Virus record (IMG/VR): IMGVR_UViG_3300010883_000007
Coordinates: 1-64,000 of that record
Source of the DNA: a virus
Direction: 5' to 3' (one strand)
Length of the DNA stretch: 64,000 nt
The notes under the pieces: generated by a model
The model's database searches: none
What the model was told of the DNA's origin: nothing
The model's input: the letters and a program-made list of their open reading frames with translations, nothing else
Shown: one piece after another, positions 8,545 through 17,024 of the stretch
Layout of the letters: each line of letters begins with the position of its first letter
Position numbering within the stretch: position 1 is the first letter of the stretch
Program-made: the position numbers and the translations under genes

Positions 8545-11500
8545 TCATGGAGCTGACTTGTTACCAGTTGTTGCAATTCCAACATCGGCGAGGATGATGG
8601 CCTCGGCTAATTTCTCGGCAGACATCTCCACTTTAACAGAGAGATTCACATTGACATTCTCGTGGACCACGGTGAGCTTCTTTCCGTTGGCGAGACTCTT
8701 ACCGATGTCTATTACTGCCATGATCTCTTCACGACTGCCATCCCCAAAGCTCAGCATCTCTGCTTCCAGCTCTGCGAAGGAGTTTTTTATGGCCGCGACC
8801 TTCTCGCCCAGGTTGGGAGGCATCTTGTCGATGGATCCCACTGTAGTGTCGATGAACTTTCCAAAGTTAGTCATTGACTTGATATGAAAATTACCCGAGG
8901 ACTTATAGACCGATGCACCAATTTCGGCCATCGAGGTGATGGCCGACTGGATGCTAGGGACAGACTTCACGAACACCTGGGATAGTCTCGCAATCTCTGC
9001 GGCTTCACCGCCGTCACTACCACCGATGTTCTTGACTTCACCCAAAGCTGAGGTGAAGGCACCCATGGCCTTAAAAGCATCAGGTAGAGCTTTGAGGGAG
9101 TGTCGGTACTTGTAGACGTCGGAGACTCCCTTCCCCTTAACCATCGCGATAATCTTGTTTAGAACATTACCCATCTGGTCGCCTATCACATCAGAGAGTT
9201 CATTGATAAGCAATACGGCGCTAGCGACCCTCTTCTTAAATGTCCCCGGTGTGGATGCAGAACCGGCTGGGGGCATGAATCCGGCCATCTCGCCGATTGC
9301 GCCGGCGAAGTTGCCCACGACACCAAAGGCGTCCGCGATGATCTTAATCCTCGCGGTGATCCCTGCGTCCAGGCTTATGCCTTTGGCCATCTCCAGGATC
9401 GCGCCTAAAACCCGGCCCATTGCTCCGGGGGCTGTGCCTTTGCCGGCGAGAGAGTCTGTTATCTTCTCAATGAGACCACCCGAGCCGAACACAAGATCCA
9501 ACGCGGCAGTAGGCGTCTTAGCGCTCGGGATTATCTTTTTCATGTCCCCTATAACCTTGGCAAACTTTCCTAAGATACCCATTGCTTCGCCAATGATCTT
9601 GATTTTTTCTCCGATGTGTCGGTCCTTCATTCCAGCTGCCATCGTCTTTACAGCGCTAAACACCTTCTGGATATGTCCTCCGGTTCCATCCGTACCCAGC
9701 ATCGCATCCATGACTCCGCTTATAAATTTGAGCGTCGCTTCGAGGCGTTTCGAGGGGTCTCCCTTAGAAGGAACTATGGATCCGACTTCCTTCATAACCT
9801 TAGACATTTTGCCCAACAGTCCTATAGAGTCTGCAATCAGAGGAAGGACTGCCTTAAGCTGCTTGGTAGCCGCCGGGGTTAAGGTTGAGGCCACTTCCTT
9901 GACGCTGAGCATGATCTTAGCGATGCCGTCTGACATTGTCTCCATCATGCAGCTCATAAACTTCGATGTGGCATCCAGAGCCTCGGGATCGAACTTCGAG
10001 CTGAACATTCCCTCTTTCCTCAGAGATTTTAGCATCTCCGGGTCAGGCTTCATGGCCTTCAACAGATCACCAACGGGTTTCATGATCCCAGCAATTATCA
10101 TGGCGCTCTCAACCTGGGCGTCGGTGAGGGTCGTTGAGGTCATCTTGTCTATGAGTCCCTCCAGACCGCCGAGCATAGAGTCCATAAACCCTGCTGCTGA
10201 GTCCATGACTTTCACAGCGCCCTCCGCGTCGCCGCCCATATCACCCAGCCCGGTCACCATCGAGCCCAGGCCTGATATCATCTCCATCAGCGGGGTGATT
10301 GCCTCCATTTTCTCCTTGAACGCGCCAGCATCTCCCATCTCCAGGGCAGCAATATTCGCGACAGCAGGACCCAGGAACTTCTTGAGACCCTCCGCAAGCA
10401 TGAGAATAGCAGCGAATCCAACAGCTGCTACGACAGCTACCATGGGATTGAGGAATACAGCCCCCAGCATGAGTGACGCAGCACCCACACCCACCAGAAC
10501 GGCGAAGAGCAGGCCAAGGGCCTCGAGACCAGTCACCATCGAGCCGAGCTTACCGAGTGGGCCTGACATATTCTTATTGAAGGATGTGAGCGCCGGAGCC
10601 AAGAACTTGCCCACGGCCCAGATGAAGGCTGCTACTGGCAGTAGGCCTATAGCACCGATGGCTGCGATGACTCCAGCGGTGACTGCGATGACTGCCAGAA
10701 TTGCGACTGCTCCGAATATCACCACCAGCTGTAGGAATGTCTTGCCTAATTCCCCCCAGTCCAGCTTGGCTGCCTTAAGAGCACCGGTCATAACACCCAG
10801 GGACCAGATCAGGCCACCGGGGATAGCCATGGCCATTGCGAATAGGGCTATTCCTCCCATTGCTACTGCCGCAATACCTGCTGTAACCCCGGCAAAGATT
10901 GCGATGGGAGCGATAATGGCGATCGCACCAAAGATTCCCACCAGCTTCAAGAAAGTCTTGGCCAGGTCACCCCACTTGACCTTCTTCGAAGCCGTCGACA
11001 TGTGGGCGAAGGCTGGCACGGCGAGCTCTGCTAGTGCCACCGCAAAGGCAGCGACTCCAAGTGTTCCCAGGGAAGCGCCCCAGGCCAGGCCGCCCACGAT
11101 GATTGCGGCCTTTGACATCAATATCATGGAACCCATAACTACTGCAAGGGCGATGAAGATTTTGGCGAGGGCCGACCAGCTGGGGACAGTCTTGGTTGCC
11201 AGATAGAATAATGCTAGAACCAGAACTACGGCCCCTAGGGCAACAAGAAAAGCAGCCACACCTATTAGCGGAATAATCGCTATGATACCGGCAACGCCGG
11301 CAACGATTGCTGCCACTGCTGTGACTGCGATGGCGAGCATGACAATTGCCAGACCGCCGAAGCCCTTGACCAGATCCGGCATCGCTGTGACGATGAGCCC
11401 CCACGCGCTCGACTTCGCGAGCCCTTCCAGGGCGATTGCGAAGAGCACAAGGGTCCCGGCGAAGACGATGGCTCCGAGGAGACCGACGATGGCGGCGCCG

Positions 11501-14250
11501 ATGAGGGGTGCGACGAGGGTTGCTGCGGCCCATGCCATGAGAGCAACAGCAGCGACTGAAACTCCCAGTGCGATCATACCGAGGCCAACGTCCACCCATG
11601 GCACGCCCTTGAAGACCTTGGCTATCACACGGAGCGTCATTGCAAAGACGACACCCGCGGTTGCCATCAGTAAAGCCGCGCCAATCAGGCCGACCATGGC
11701 CATACCAATCGCACCCATTGGGATCTTGCTTCCCACATGTGCGACAACTGCCATGGCAACAACTGCCACTGCGAAGGCAGCCATGGCTCCCAGCACTGTT
11801 TTAATAGGCAGTTTGCTGATGATAGCTGTCACCATTAACACACCCACAGCCATTACTGCCATGGCTGGAAGGAATGAGAGGGCCAGCAGCCCCATCTTGA
11901 GTCCGGCCTGAACTATGGATTTGGCAGGAATCATGGCTATTGTTTGTACGAAGACATTCAATCCCATGGCCATTCCAGAGAAACCCGACTTGAGAGTGTC
12001 ACCCAGCGCCGATGCGCCGCCTCCGCCTCCTGGAATTGTGGGTGTTGCGGATCCCATCATCTTCCCGAGGCCCTTGCCAATGAGAGAGGCACCCTTGGCA
12101 ACGACAGCACCAATCATCGCGTTAGCAACTGCGGTGAGGATCATCTTGGCTATGATAACACCCAGGATGGCCTTGCCCGCCTTGATCAGAAACGGACTAA
12201 CCTTTATGAAAAGGATCTTGAACATTTTAACCAGGGAGGGCTGTATTATCTTCCACATTGTGACAAGAAGATTTCCGAGGGACTTCGCCAGGGACATGAG
12301 TGCTGTCTTGATAGATCCCATCACAGCGCCGCCGCCAGAGAATCCCTTCGACAGCCTCGCAGATATCGTGTCGAGGAGTTTGGCCAGACCTTGTGCTGCC
12401 CTAATCAGCAGGGCTTTGAAGATCACCGCGAAGGTCTTGATCATCGTCTTACCGCCCGCCATGATCTTCTTTCCAGCTGTGCCGCCACTCCCAAAGAATC
12501 CCATGAAGGCATTGGTCATATTCTTGATGAAGCTATCGACACCCGCTTTGGGATCACTCTTGAGGTCGAGAAAGAACTTCTTGAATATTCCCTTAACCTT
12601 CTCCATCAGCCTGGTATAGCGTGCTGGATCAAACAGGTCTGATATACCGGTCATTAGCTGCTTGACCCCGGGGAACATCTGCACAAACATCTTGCCGACC
12701 TGAATGCCCGCCCTGTGCACGATCCTCAGCGACTTTCGAATGTTGCGCATCATCTTTCGGAAGGGTGCGCTCCTCTTGATGCCTCGCTCGAAGCCCTTGG
12801 CAAACGCATCGAAGAAGCCCTTAAAGCCAGACTGGCCGGTTTGGGTCATCTTCTTGATGGAGTCAGCTAATTCCTTCGTGGCCTCCGCCTGGGTCAGTTG
12901 TTTGGACTCAGCATCCTCGGCGCCCTCCATCATCTCATCATAAGATAATCCCATGTTCTTCTGGGAAAGTGCAGTCTTTGCAGCTTCCTCAGAAAGTCCC
13001 ATCTGACTAGCTAGTAGCTTAAGCTCCTGTCGGGACATGTCCTCAACAGATTTACCCGCCTCATGGAAAGATTTTTTCAATATGTCGATGCGTTCAGCAG
13101 GACTCTGGGCATTCATCATCTTCATAGCATCGACATTCATGCCGAAGGCCTGGGAGAGTTGTGCTGCACCCGAAGCGGCGTCCTCGAAGTTATCGAACTT
13201 ATCGATAACCCCCATCATGTCCTTAATCTCCATGCCGAGCTTGGTGGCATAGATTGCAGTGGCACCCAGCTCCTTCCGGGTCATGGAACCAAAATTGGAC
13301 ACATCTCCCTTCATTGTTGCCATGGCCTTGCCAACCACCTTTGCATTAACATCAAAGGCCTTACCCATGTTGATTGCCATGGAGGCGAACTTGGTCTGTT
13401 CCTCCACAGCATCCTTGCCGGCATTTTTGGCCATCTTGAGCATGGTGGCCTGCTGTTCAGCAGTCATGCCTAGAGCCATGCGGTAGGTCATCAGGACACC
13501 CTCCTGCCCCTTTAGATCTCCCATCAACCCATTATAGGCAGCGCCCAGAGCAGTGACCATCTCCTGATTGTACTTCATGGCTGCAGCCACGCCCTCAGGC
13601 CCGAAGCCAAAGACCCTGGCTAGGGACAGACCACTGCCGCCTAGACTTGATGACTCTGATCGGAGTGTTCTTAGAGAATCAGCTGCGGCCTTGCCCTCGT
13701 TGGAAGCAAGAGAGCCCAACTCTCCCCTGATATCCTCCAGGGCCTTTCGAATGGGCGAGTCACCAGAGCCCGCCTGTGCCATCCCAATCAGACCGGAGAA
13801 GATCTTCCAGGGTGTCATAATAACAGTTGCTGCAAGGTTCGCCATGCTCTTGGTCATGGAGAAGAGACCCTTGCCCATCGCAGATATCAGACCCAGGCCT
13901 CCCTTGAAGCCCGAGAGTAAGCCCACTCCGAGGCCGACTGCAGCGCCCTTAGCGGCTGTTACCTTATCCATGAAGCCGCCGGCTGCTTCCTCGGCATCGT
14001 TCATAGCTGCTGTAGTGTCAGTACCGAACCGCTGTGCGTCTGTCGCTGCCTGCTGGAGGCCCGCCTGAACATTATTGAGGCGATCTTCCATCTGGTCCAG
14101 CTGCTCGCACTTGAGAGCCTTGCAGAGCTCCATCGCGATACGAGCCTGGCTATCCAGATGCTTCGACTGATTCTTCAGGATCGCCTCACGATCCTGGAGC
14201 GTCTTGTTTATCTCTTGCTGTATTTTAAGCTGATTGCCGAGATCTGCCAT
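8545..14250 (-). CDS. Tape measure protein
   Basis: 1901 aa, helical A/G/M/K-rich sequence with a long hydrophobic repeat region, downstream of tube and chaperone genes. Confidence 0.85.
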   Translation of the reverse strand: MADLGNQLKIQQEINKTLQDREAILKNQSKHLDSQARIAMELCKALKCEQLDQMEDRLNNVQAGLQQAATDAQRFGTDTTAAMNDAEEAAGGFMDKVTAAKGAAVGLGVGLLSGFKGGLGLISAMGKGLFSMTKSMANLAATVIMTPWKIFSGLIGMAQAGSGDSPIRKALEDIRGELGSLASNEGKAAADSLRTLRSESSSLGGSGLSLARVFGFGPEGVAAAMKYNQEMVTALGAAYNGLMGDLKGQEGVLMTYRMALGMTAEQQATMLKMAKNAGKDAVEEQTKFASMAINMGKAFDVNAKVVGKAMATMKGDVSNFGSMTRKELGATAIYATKLGMEIKDMMGVIDKFDNFEDAASGAAQLSQAFGMNVDAMKMMNAQSPAERIDILKKSFHEAGKSVEDMSRQELKLLASQMGLSEEAAKTALSQKNMGLSYDEMMEGAEDAESKQLTQAEATKELADSIKKMTQTGQSGFKGFFDAFAKGFERGIKRSAPFRKMMRNIRKSLRIVHRAGIQVGKMFVQMFPGVKQLMTGISDLFDPARYTRLMEKVKGIFKKFFLDLKSDPKAGVDSFIKNMTNAFMGFFGSGGTAGKKIMAGGKTMIKTFAVIFKALLIRAAQGLAKLLDTISARLSKGFSGGGAVMGSIKTALMSLAKSLGNLLVTMWKIIQPSLVKMFKILFIKVSPFLIKAGKAILGVIIAKMILTAVANAMIGAVVAKGASLIGKGLGKMMGSATPTIPGGGGGASALGDTLKSGFSGMAMGLNVFVQTIAMIPAKSIVQAGLKMGLLALSFLPAMAVMAVGVLMVTAIISKLPIKTVLGAMAAFAVAVVAMAVVAHVGSKIPMGAIGMAMVGLIGAALLMATAGVVFAMTLRVIAKVFKGVPWVDVGLGMIALGVSVAAVALMAWAAATLVAPLIGAAIVGLLGAIVFAGTLVLFAIALEGLAKSSAWGLIVTAMPDLVKGFGGLAIVMLAIAVTAVAAIVAGVAGIIAIIPLIGVAAFLVALGAVVLVLALFYLATKTVPSWSALAKIFIALAVVMGSMILMSKAAIIVGGLAWGASLGTLGVAAFAVALAELAVPAFAHMSTASKKVKWGDLAKTFLKLVGIFGAIAIIAPIAIFAGVTAGIAAVAMGGIALFAMAMAIPGGLIWSLGVMTGALKAAKLDWGELGKTFLQLVVIFGAVAILAVIAVTAGVIAAIGAIGLLPVAAFIWAVGKFLAPALTSFNKNMSGPLGKLGSMVTGLEALGLLFAVLVGVGAASLMLGAVFLNPMVAVVAAVGFAAILMLAEGLKKFLGPAVANIAALEMGDAGAFKEKMEAITPLMEMISGLGSMVTGLGDMGGDAEGAVKVMDSAAGFMDSMLGGLEGLIDKMTSTTLTDAQVESAMIIAGIMKPVGDLLKAMKPDPEMLKSLRKEGMFSSKFDPEALDATSKFMSCMMETMSDGIAKIMLSVKEVASTLTPAATKQLKAVLPLIADSIGLLGKMSKVMKEVGSIVPSKGDPSKRLEATLKFISGVMDAMLGTDGTGGHIQKVFSAVKTMAAGMKDRHIGEKIKIIGEAMGILGKFAKVIGDMKKIIPSAKTPTAALDLVFGSGGLIEKITDSLAGKGTAPGAMGRVLGAILEMAKGISLDAGITARIKIIADAFGVVGNFAGAIGEMAGFMPPAGSASTPGTFKKRVASAVLLINELSDVIGDQMGNVLNKIIAMVKGKGVSDVYKYRHSLKALPDAFKAMGAFTSALGEVKNIGGSDGGEAAEIARLSQVFVKSVPSIQSAITSMAEIGASVYKSSGNFHIKSMTNFGKFIDTTVGSIDKMPPNLGEKVAAIKNSFAELEAEMLSFGDGSREEIMAVIDIGKSLANGKKLTVVHENVNVNLSVKVEMSAEKLAEAIILADVGIATTGNKSAP

Positions 14251-14314
14251 GACTTATAACACTACCCACAGAACTGTTCTACTGTAAGTATTGCTGAAGT
14301 ACACTTAGCAGCCC

Positions 14315-14605
14315 CTACAGACGCCAGCGAAAACCGGTAACCTGATTAAACTCTTTGGCTGCCTCTTTCTTGACCCTCATGAGGCTAAGAATACGGGAGA
14401 GATCAGCATCTTCCTTGATGAGTTCAATATAGAGATTGCGGCTCGCATTAAGAACTGACCGGGTTGCCTTGATTCGGGCCCTTGACCCTTGAATCTTGAT
14501 TCCCGTGGTCTCGCCCAGGATGTATCTTGCTGAGGCCCTGGTTAGATTGTCCAAGAACTTTTCATTACTCTTCATAGAAACATGCCTCCTGGGCATAAAT
14601 ATCAT
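14315..14605 (-). CDS. Hypothetical basic protein upstream of tape measure
   Basis: Co-oriented ORF filling the gap between chaperone and tape measure; start codon uncertain. Confidence 0.6.
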   Translation of the reverse strand: MIFMPRRHVSMKSNEKFLDNLTRASARYILGETTGIKIQGSRARIKATRSVLNASRNLYIELIKEDADLSRILSLMRVKKEAAKEFNQVTGFRWRL

Positions 14606-14614
14606 TCTGTATGA

Positions 14615-14818
14615 CTATGTGAACCTACGAAGTTTTGCCGGCACCTGGGACCTAGCTCTTCCCATCATTTCCCGAGCCTCAGGGTGGTTCGTGTGTGCTG
14701 CACGGTTCCCACCCTCTCCTGACTTCTTAAGCTCTTTATTGATACGTTCAATGAACCACGTTCGCTGCCAGATGGGTATATTATAGACTTCTACATAGGA
14801 GAACCCCATGTAGTACAT
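14615..14818 (-). CDS. Tail assembly chaperone T-segment, probably expressed by frameshift from 14853..15713
   Basis: The frame is open upstream through the T7 run at 14870-14876 (FFGLTPTDKSYYLEHIFLLMYYMGFSY...). No SD before ATG 14818. Confidence 0.65.
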   Translation of the reverse strand: MYYMGFSYVEVYNIPIWQRTWFIERINKELKKSGEGGNRAAHTNHPEAREMMGRARSQVPAKLRRFT

Positions 14819-14852
14819 TAGCAGAAAGATGTGCTCGAGGTAGTAGCTCTTA

Positions 14853-15713
14853 TCAGTTGGTGTCAGGCCAAAAAAACGAGGCCCCCAGGGGGAGCCGCAC
14901 CTCCGAGTGTTCCAGGCAGGAGGGACAGTCCATCCAGGACTTCATCTCAATGCCGGGCTCACTCTTATCGATGAACGTGCGAAGATCCAGGGAATCCCTG
15001 GCAGGCATGTTTCGAATGAAGTGGCTAATCTTGGACTTATCTGTGATATTCTCAATGGAAACAATAGCATGCTGCAGCCTGGTTGTTACCAGTGTATCAG
15101 CCGTGACTCCCTGCTTCTTTCTTCGTTCCATCATAACTGTAATATTGGTCTCATCAATTCCAGTGAGGAAGCGAAATCGAATCTTCTTCTTAGTCACCGG
15201 AAGGGTAAACTCGAACAGGTTCGCGCCCTGGGCAACGGGCTCAATATCGAGGCGGCCGATCGGAAGGTCAGCTAGCTGGAACGACTGCTTGGAGCGCTCG
15301 CCACAGTCTGGGCAGTCGACCTCAACATCGTAGCTCGATCCGTAGCCTGTGATCCGGAGGGCAGTCATAATAGCATTTCTGTCACCGGAGAGCATCTCGT
15401 CCACGTTAATCTGCTTATTGACTAAACACGATTGAAGGAGGTGTGTGATAACTGTCCCCTTCTTAATCAGCGCCCGAGAGGTCAGGATGTCCTCCTCCCG
15501 TGCTGTCATAGCTCGAATCTCAACAGTCTCCTGGCCAGCGAGCGCTGAGTCAGATGGGTATACCACACCACGCGATGGTAGTGGGACAGTCTCGACCGGA
15601 ATCTCAAATCCAAAGTCGTCTCTCATTACATTGTGAGTTTTGAATCCCGCAGACTCAGCCTGTGTGGCTGTAAATACTTCGTTTCGAGATTCTCTAGTTG
15701 GTTCGTCAGACAC
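14853..15713 (-). CDS. Tail assembly chaperone / T4 gp26-like baseplate hub assembly protein
   Basis: VPLPSRG..Y, IRAMTAREEDIL, GDRNAIM..LRITGYG, CPDC and CPSC Zn pairs, C-terminal FFWP; lies between tube and tape measure. Confidence 0.75.
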   Translation of the reverse strand: MSDEPTRESRNEVFTATQAESAGFKTHNVMRDDFGFEIPVETVPLPSRGVVYPSDSALAGQETVEIRAMTAREEDILTSRALIKKGTVITHLLQSCLVNKQINVDEMLSGDRNAIMTALRITGYGSSYDVEVDCPDCGERSKQSFQLADLPIGRLDIEPVAQGANLFEFTLPVTKKKIRFRFLTGIDETNITVMMERRKKQGVTADTLVTTRLQHAIVSIENITDKSKISHFIRNMPARDSLDLRTFIDKSEPGIEMKSWMDCPSCLEHSEVRLPLGASFFWPDTN

Positions 15714-15785
15714 TTATAACTCCCTTAAACAGATGTGAACATCTTCTAGTAAGTATTACAGCTCTAGAGTGCCCTGTAAAATCAA

Positions 15786-16289
15786 TTAGCTGCTGTCATT
15801 ATCCTGGGCATACACAGCCTTAGAATGTCTATCAGCCACACTGGCAGCCCACGCATCAGGCTTGACACGACAGTCTAAGCCGACACCGGTCGTGTATCCT
15901 GAGAGCATGTCCGCATATCTCGAAGTCGCGTGAGGTGTGCCCTTTGGGCTTATGTCTAGGTGCACCTCCAGATCGCTCACCCCGCAGTCAAAGAGGGTCA
16001 TGGATAAATCAATGGATTTCTGTGCTTCCAGCAGCATTCTCTCACGTAAGTTAGGTATAGACTTTGGATCAACCGTGTGTCTCTGATAGAAATACTTTCC
16101 GCCCTTGCGGAGGGACTCGTTGTAGAGACAAATAACAGTGGCAAATACACACTCGGTACTGCCAGGGAAGGAGTCAGTGCTCACGTATATCCTTCCGCCT
16201 GTTTTCTGATGCTGCCTCGCGGAATCTATAATAGACTCAAAGGGCACCCGCAGACCGCTGCCGTGACGCCAGGTCCGGTCGGAGATCAT
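15786..16289 (-). CDS. RNase H-like YkuK family (DUF458) protein
   Basis: IYVSTDS, FATVIC, RERMLLEAQKSI, LEVHLDI and KPDAWAAS.ADRHSK match the YkuK pattern. Confidence 0.75.
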   Translation of the reverse strand: MISDRTWRHGSGLRVPFESIIDSARQHQKTGGRIYVSTDSFPGSTECVFATVICLYNESLRKGGKYFYQRHTVDPKSIPNLRERMLLEAQKSIDLSMTLFDCGVSDLEVHLDISPKGTPHATSRYADMLSGYTTGVGLDCRVKPDAWAASVADRHSKAVYAQDNDSS

Positions 16290-16420
16290 TCACTTCTCGA
16301 GTGTTGAAATCGTCGCATCATCTGCTAGTAGTTGGTCTGGTTGTACAAATTTGTAGTAACTCTGTGTCCCCTGGTCACACTATAACTATAGCAGGCGATG
16401 ATAAAGAATCCCCAGATACA

Positions 16421-16452
16421 AAAACACCTCCTAGTTTTCTAGGAGGTGTTTT
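16421..16452 (-). terminator. Intrinsic terminator after tail tube gene
   Basis: Perfect inverted repeat AAAACACCTCCTAG-TTTT-CTAGGAGGTGTTTT, about 30 nt past the tube stop codon. U-tracts on both strands, so possibly bidirectional. Confidence 0.85.
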
Positions 16453-16480
16453 CATAATTTGAGAGTCTAGAACTATTTTA

Positions 16481-16969
16481 CTAGTACTGGAGAACTGCGT
16501 TATCGAAGCGAAGAGTGATGGAAACCTCCGTGGGATCTTCTCCCGCATAGTCCAGCTCGCCGAAGGCTGCAGCAGTGAGGAAGCAACCCTTGAGGTCCCA
16601 GAGCTCAACCACTGTTCCAACTGGATCCAGTAGCTTAAGCTGGCAGTCACGCTTGTAGAAATCAGCATAGCCTGCACGGCCTGAGACTGACTCAAAGTGT
16701 GTTCGGACCCACTCCATTACCTGTTGTGCCCCGGAGGGTGCGATTGGATCGTGAAGTGTCACAGTGATCGCATCGAACTTCGTCTTTCCGGCAAGATACC
16801 GGGTGGAGTTCATGAAGGAAATCTCCTGCTCTGCGGTGTTAATGGTCGGCCGAGCGGCTGTCTTCATTAAGAATGAATCGAGTCCCTCAATAGCGAATAC
16901 CCATCTAAATTTGCGCTTTGGCTCAAACTTATTGGGTAGCATATCAGTGACTGAAAGTGTTTCTGCCAT
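16481..16969 (-). CDS. Tail tube protein (T4 gp19-like)
   Basis: FEPKRKFRW, RYLAGKTKFDAITVTLHDPI, QQVMEW, YKRDCQLKLLDPVGTVVELWDLKGCF; follows the sheath genes; strong SD AGGAG. Confidence 0.92.
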   Translation of the reverse strand: MAETLSVTDMLPNKFEPKRKFRWVFAIEGLDSFLMKTAARPTINTAEQEISFMNSTRYLAGKTKFDAITVTLHDPIAPSGAQQVMEWVRTHFESVSGRAGYADFYKRDCQLKLLDPVGTVVELWDLKGCFLTAAAFGELDYAGEDPTEVSITLRFDNAVLQY

Positions 16970-17024
16970 TTTCCTAGTCTCCTAAAGTCCTGTGACGTCT
17001 CTAAATATCAACGTCAGTAAGTTT

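Noticed and set aside
9155-11206. 683-aa plus-strand ORF and other long plus-strand ORFs opposite the tape measure, sheath, MCP and hub genes
   Set aside because: They lie antisense to well-supported genes, have the P/I/A/S/T-rich composition expected from reverse-complemented codons, and show no recognisable motifs. They are shadow ORFs.
14853-14880. Canonical -1 frameshift, or a sequencing error in the T7 run
   Set aside because: The -1 frame hits TGA within a few codons. The zero-frame FFWP end looks like a natural terminus, so an error is less likely, though reads should be checked.
16290-16480. tRNA, ncRNA or small ORF in the longest intergenic gap, including tracked ORF 16375..16695
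   Set aside because: No cloverleaf or T-loop motif seen. The open frame before 16290 has no start codon, and the tracked ORF overlaps the tube gene and crosses its terminator.
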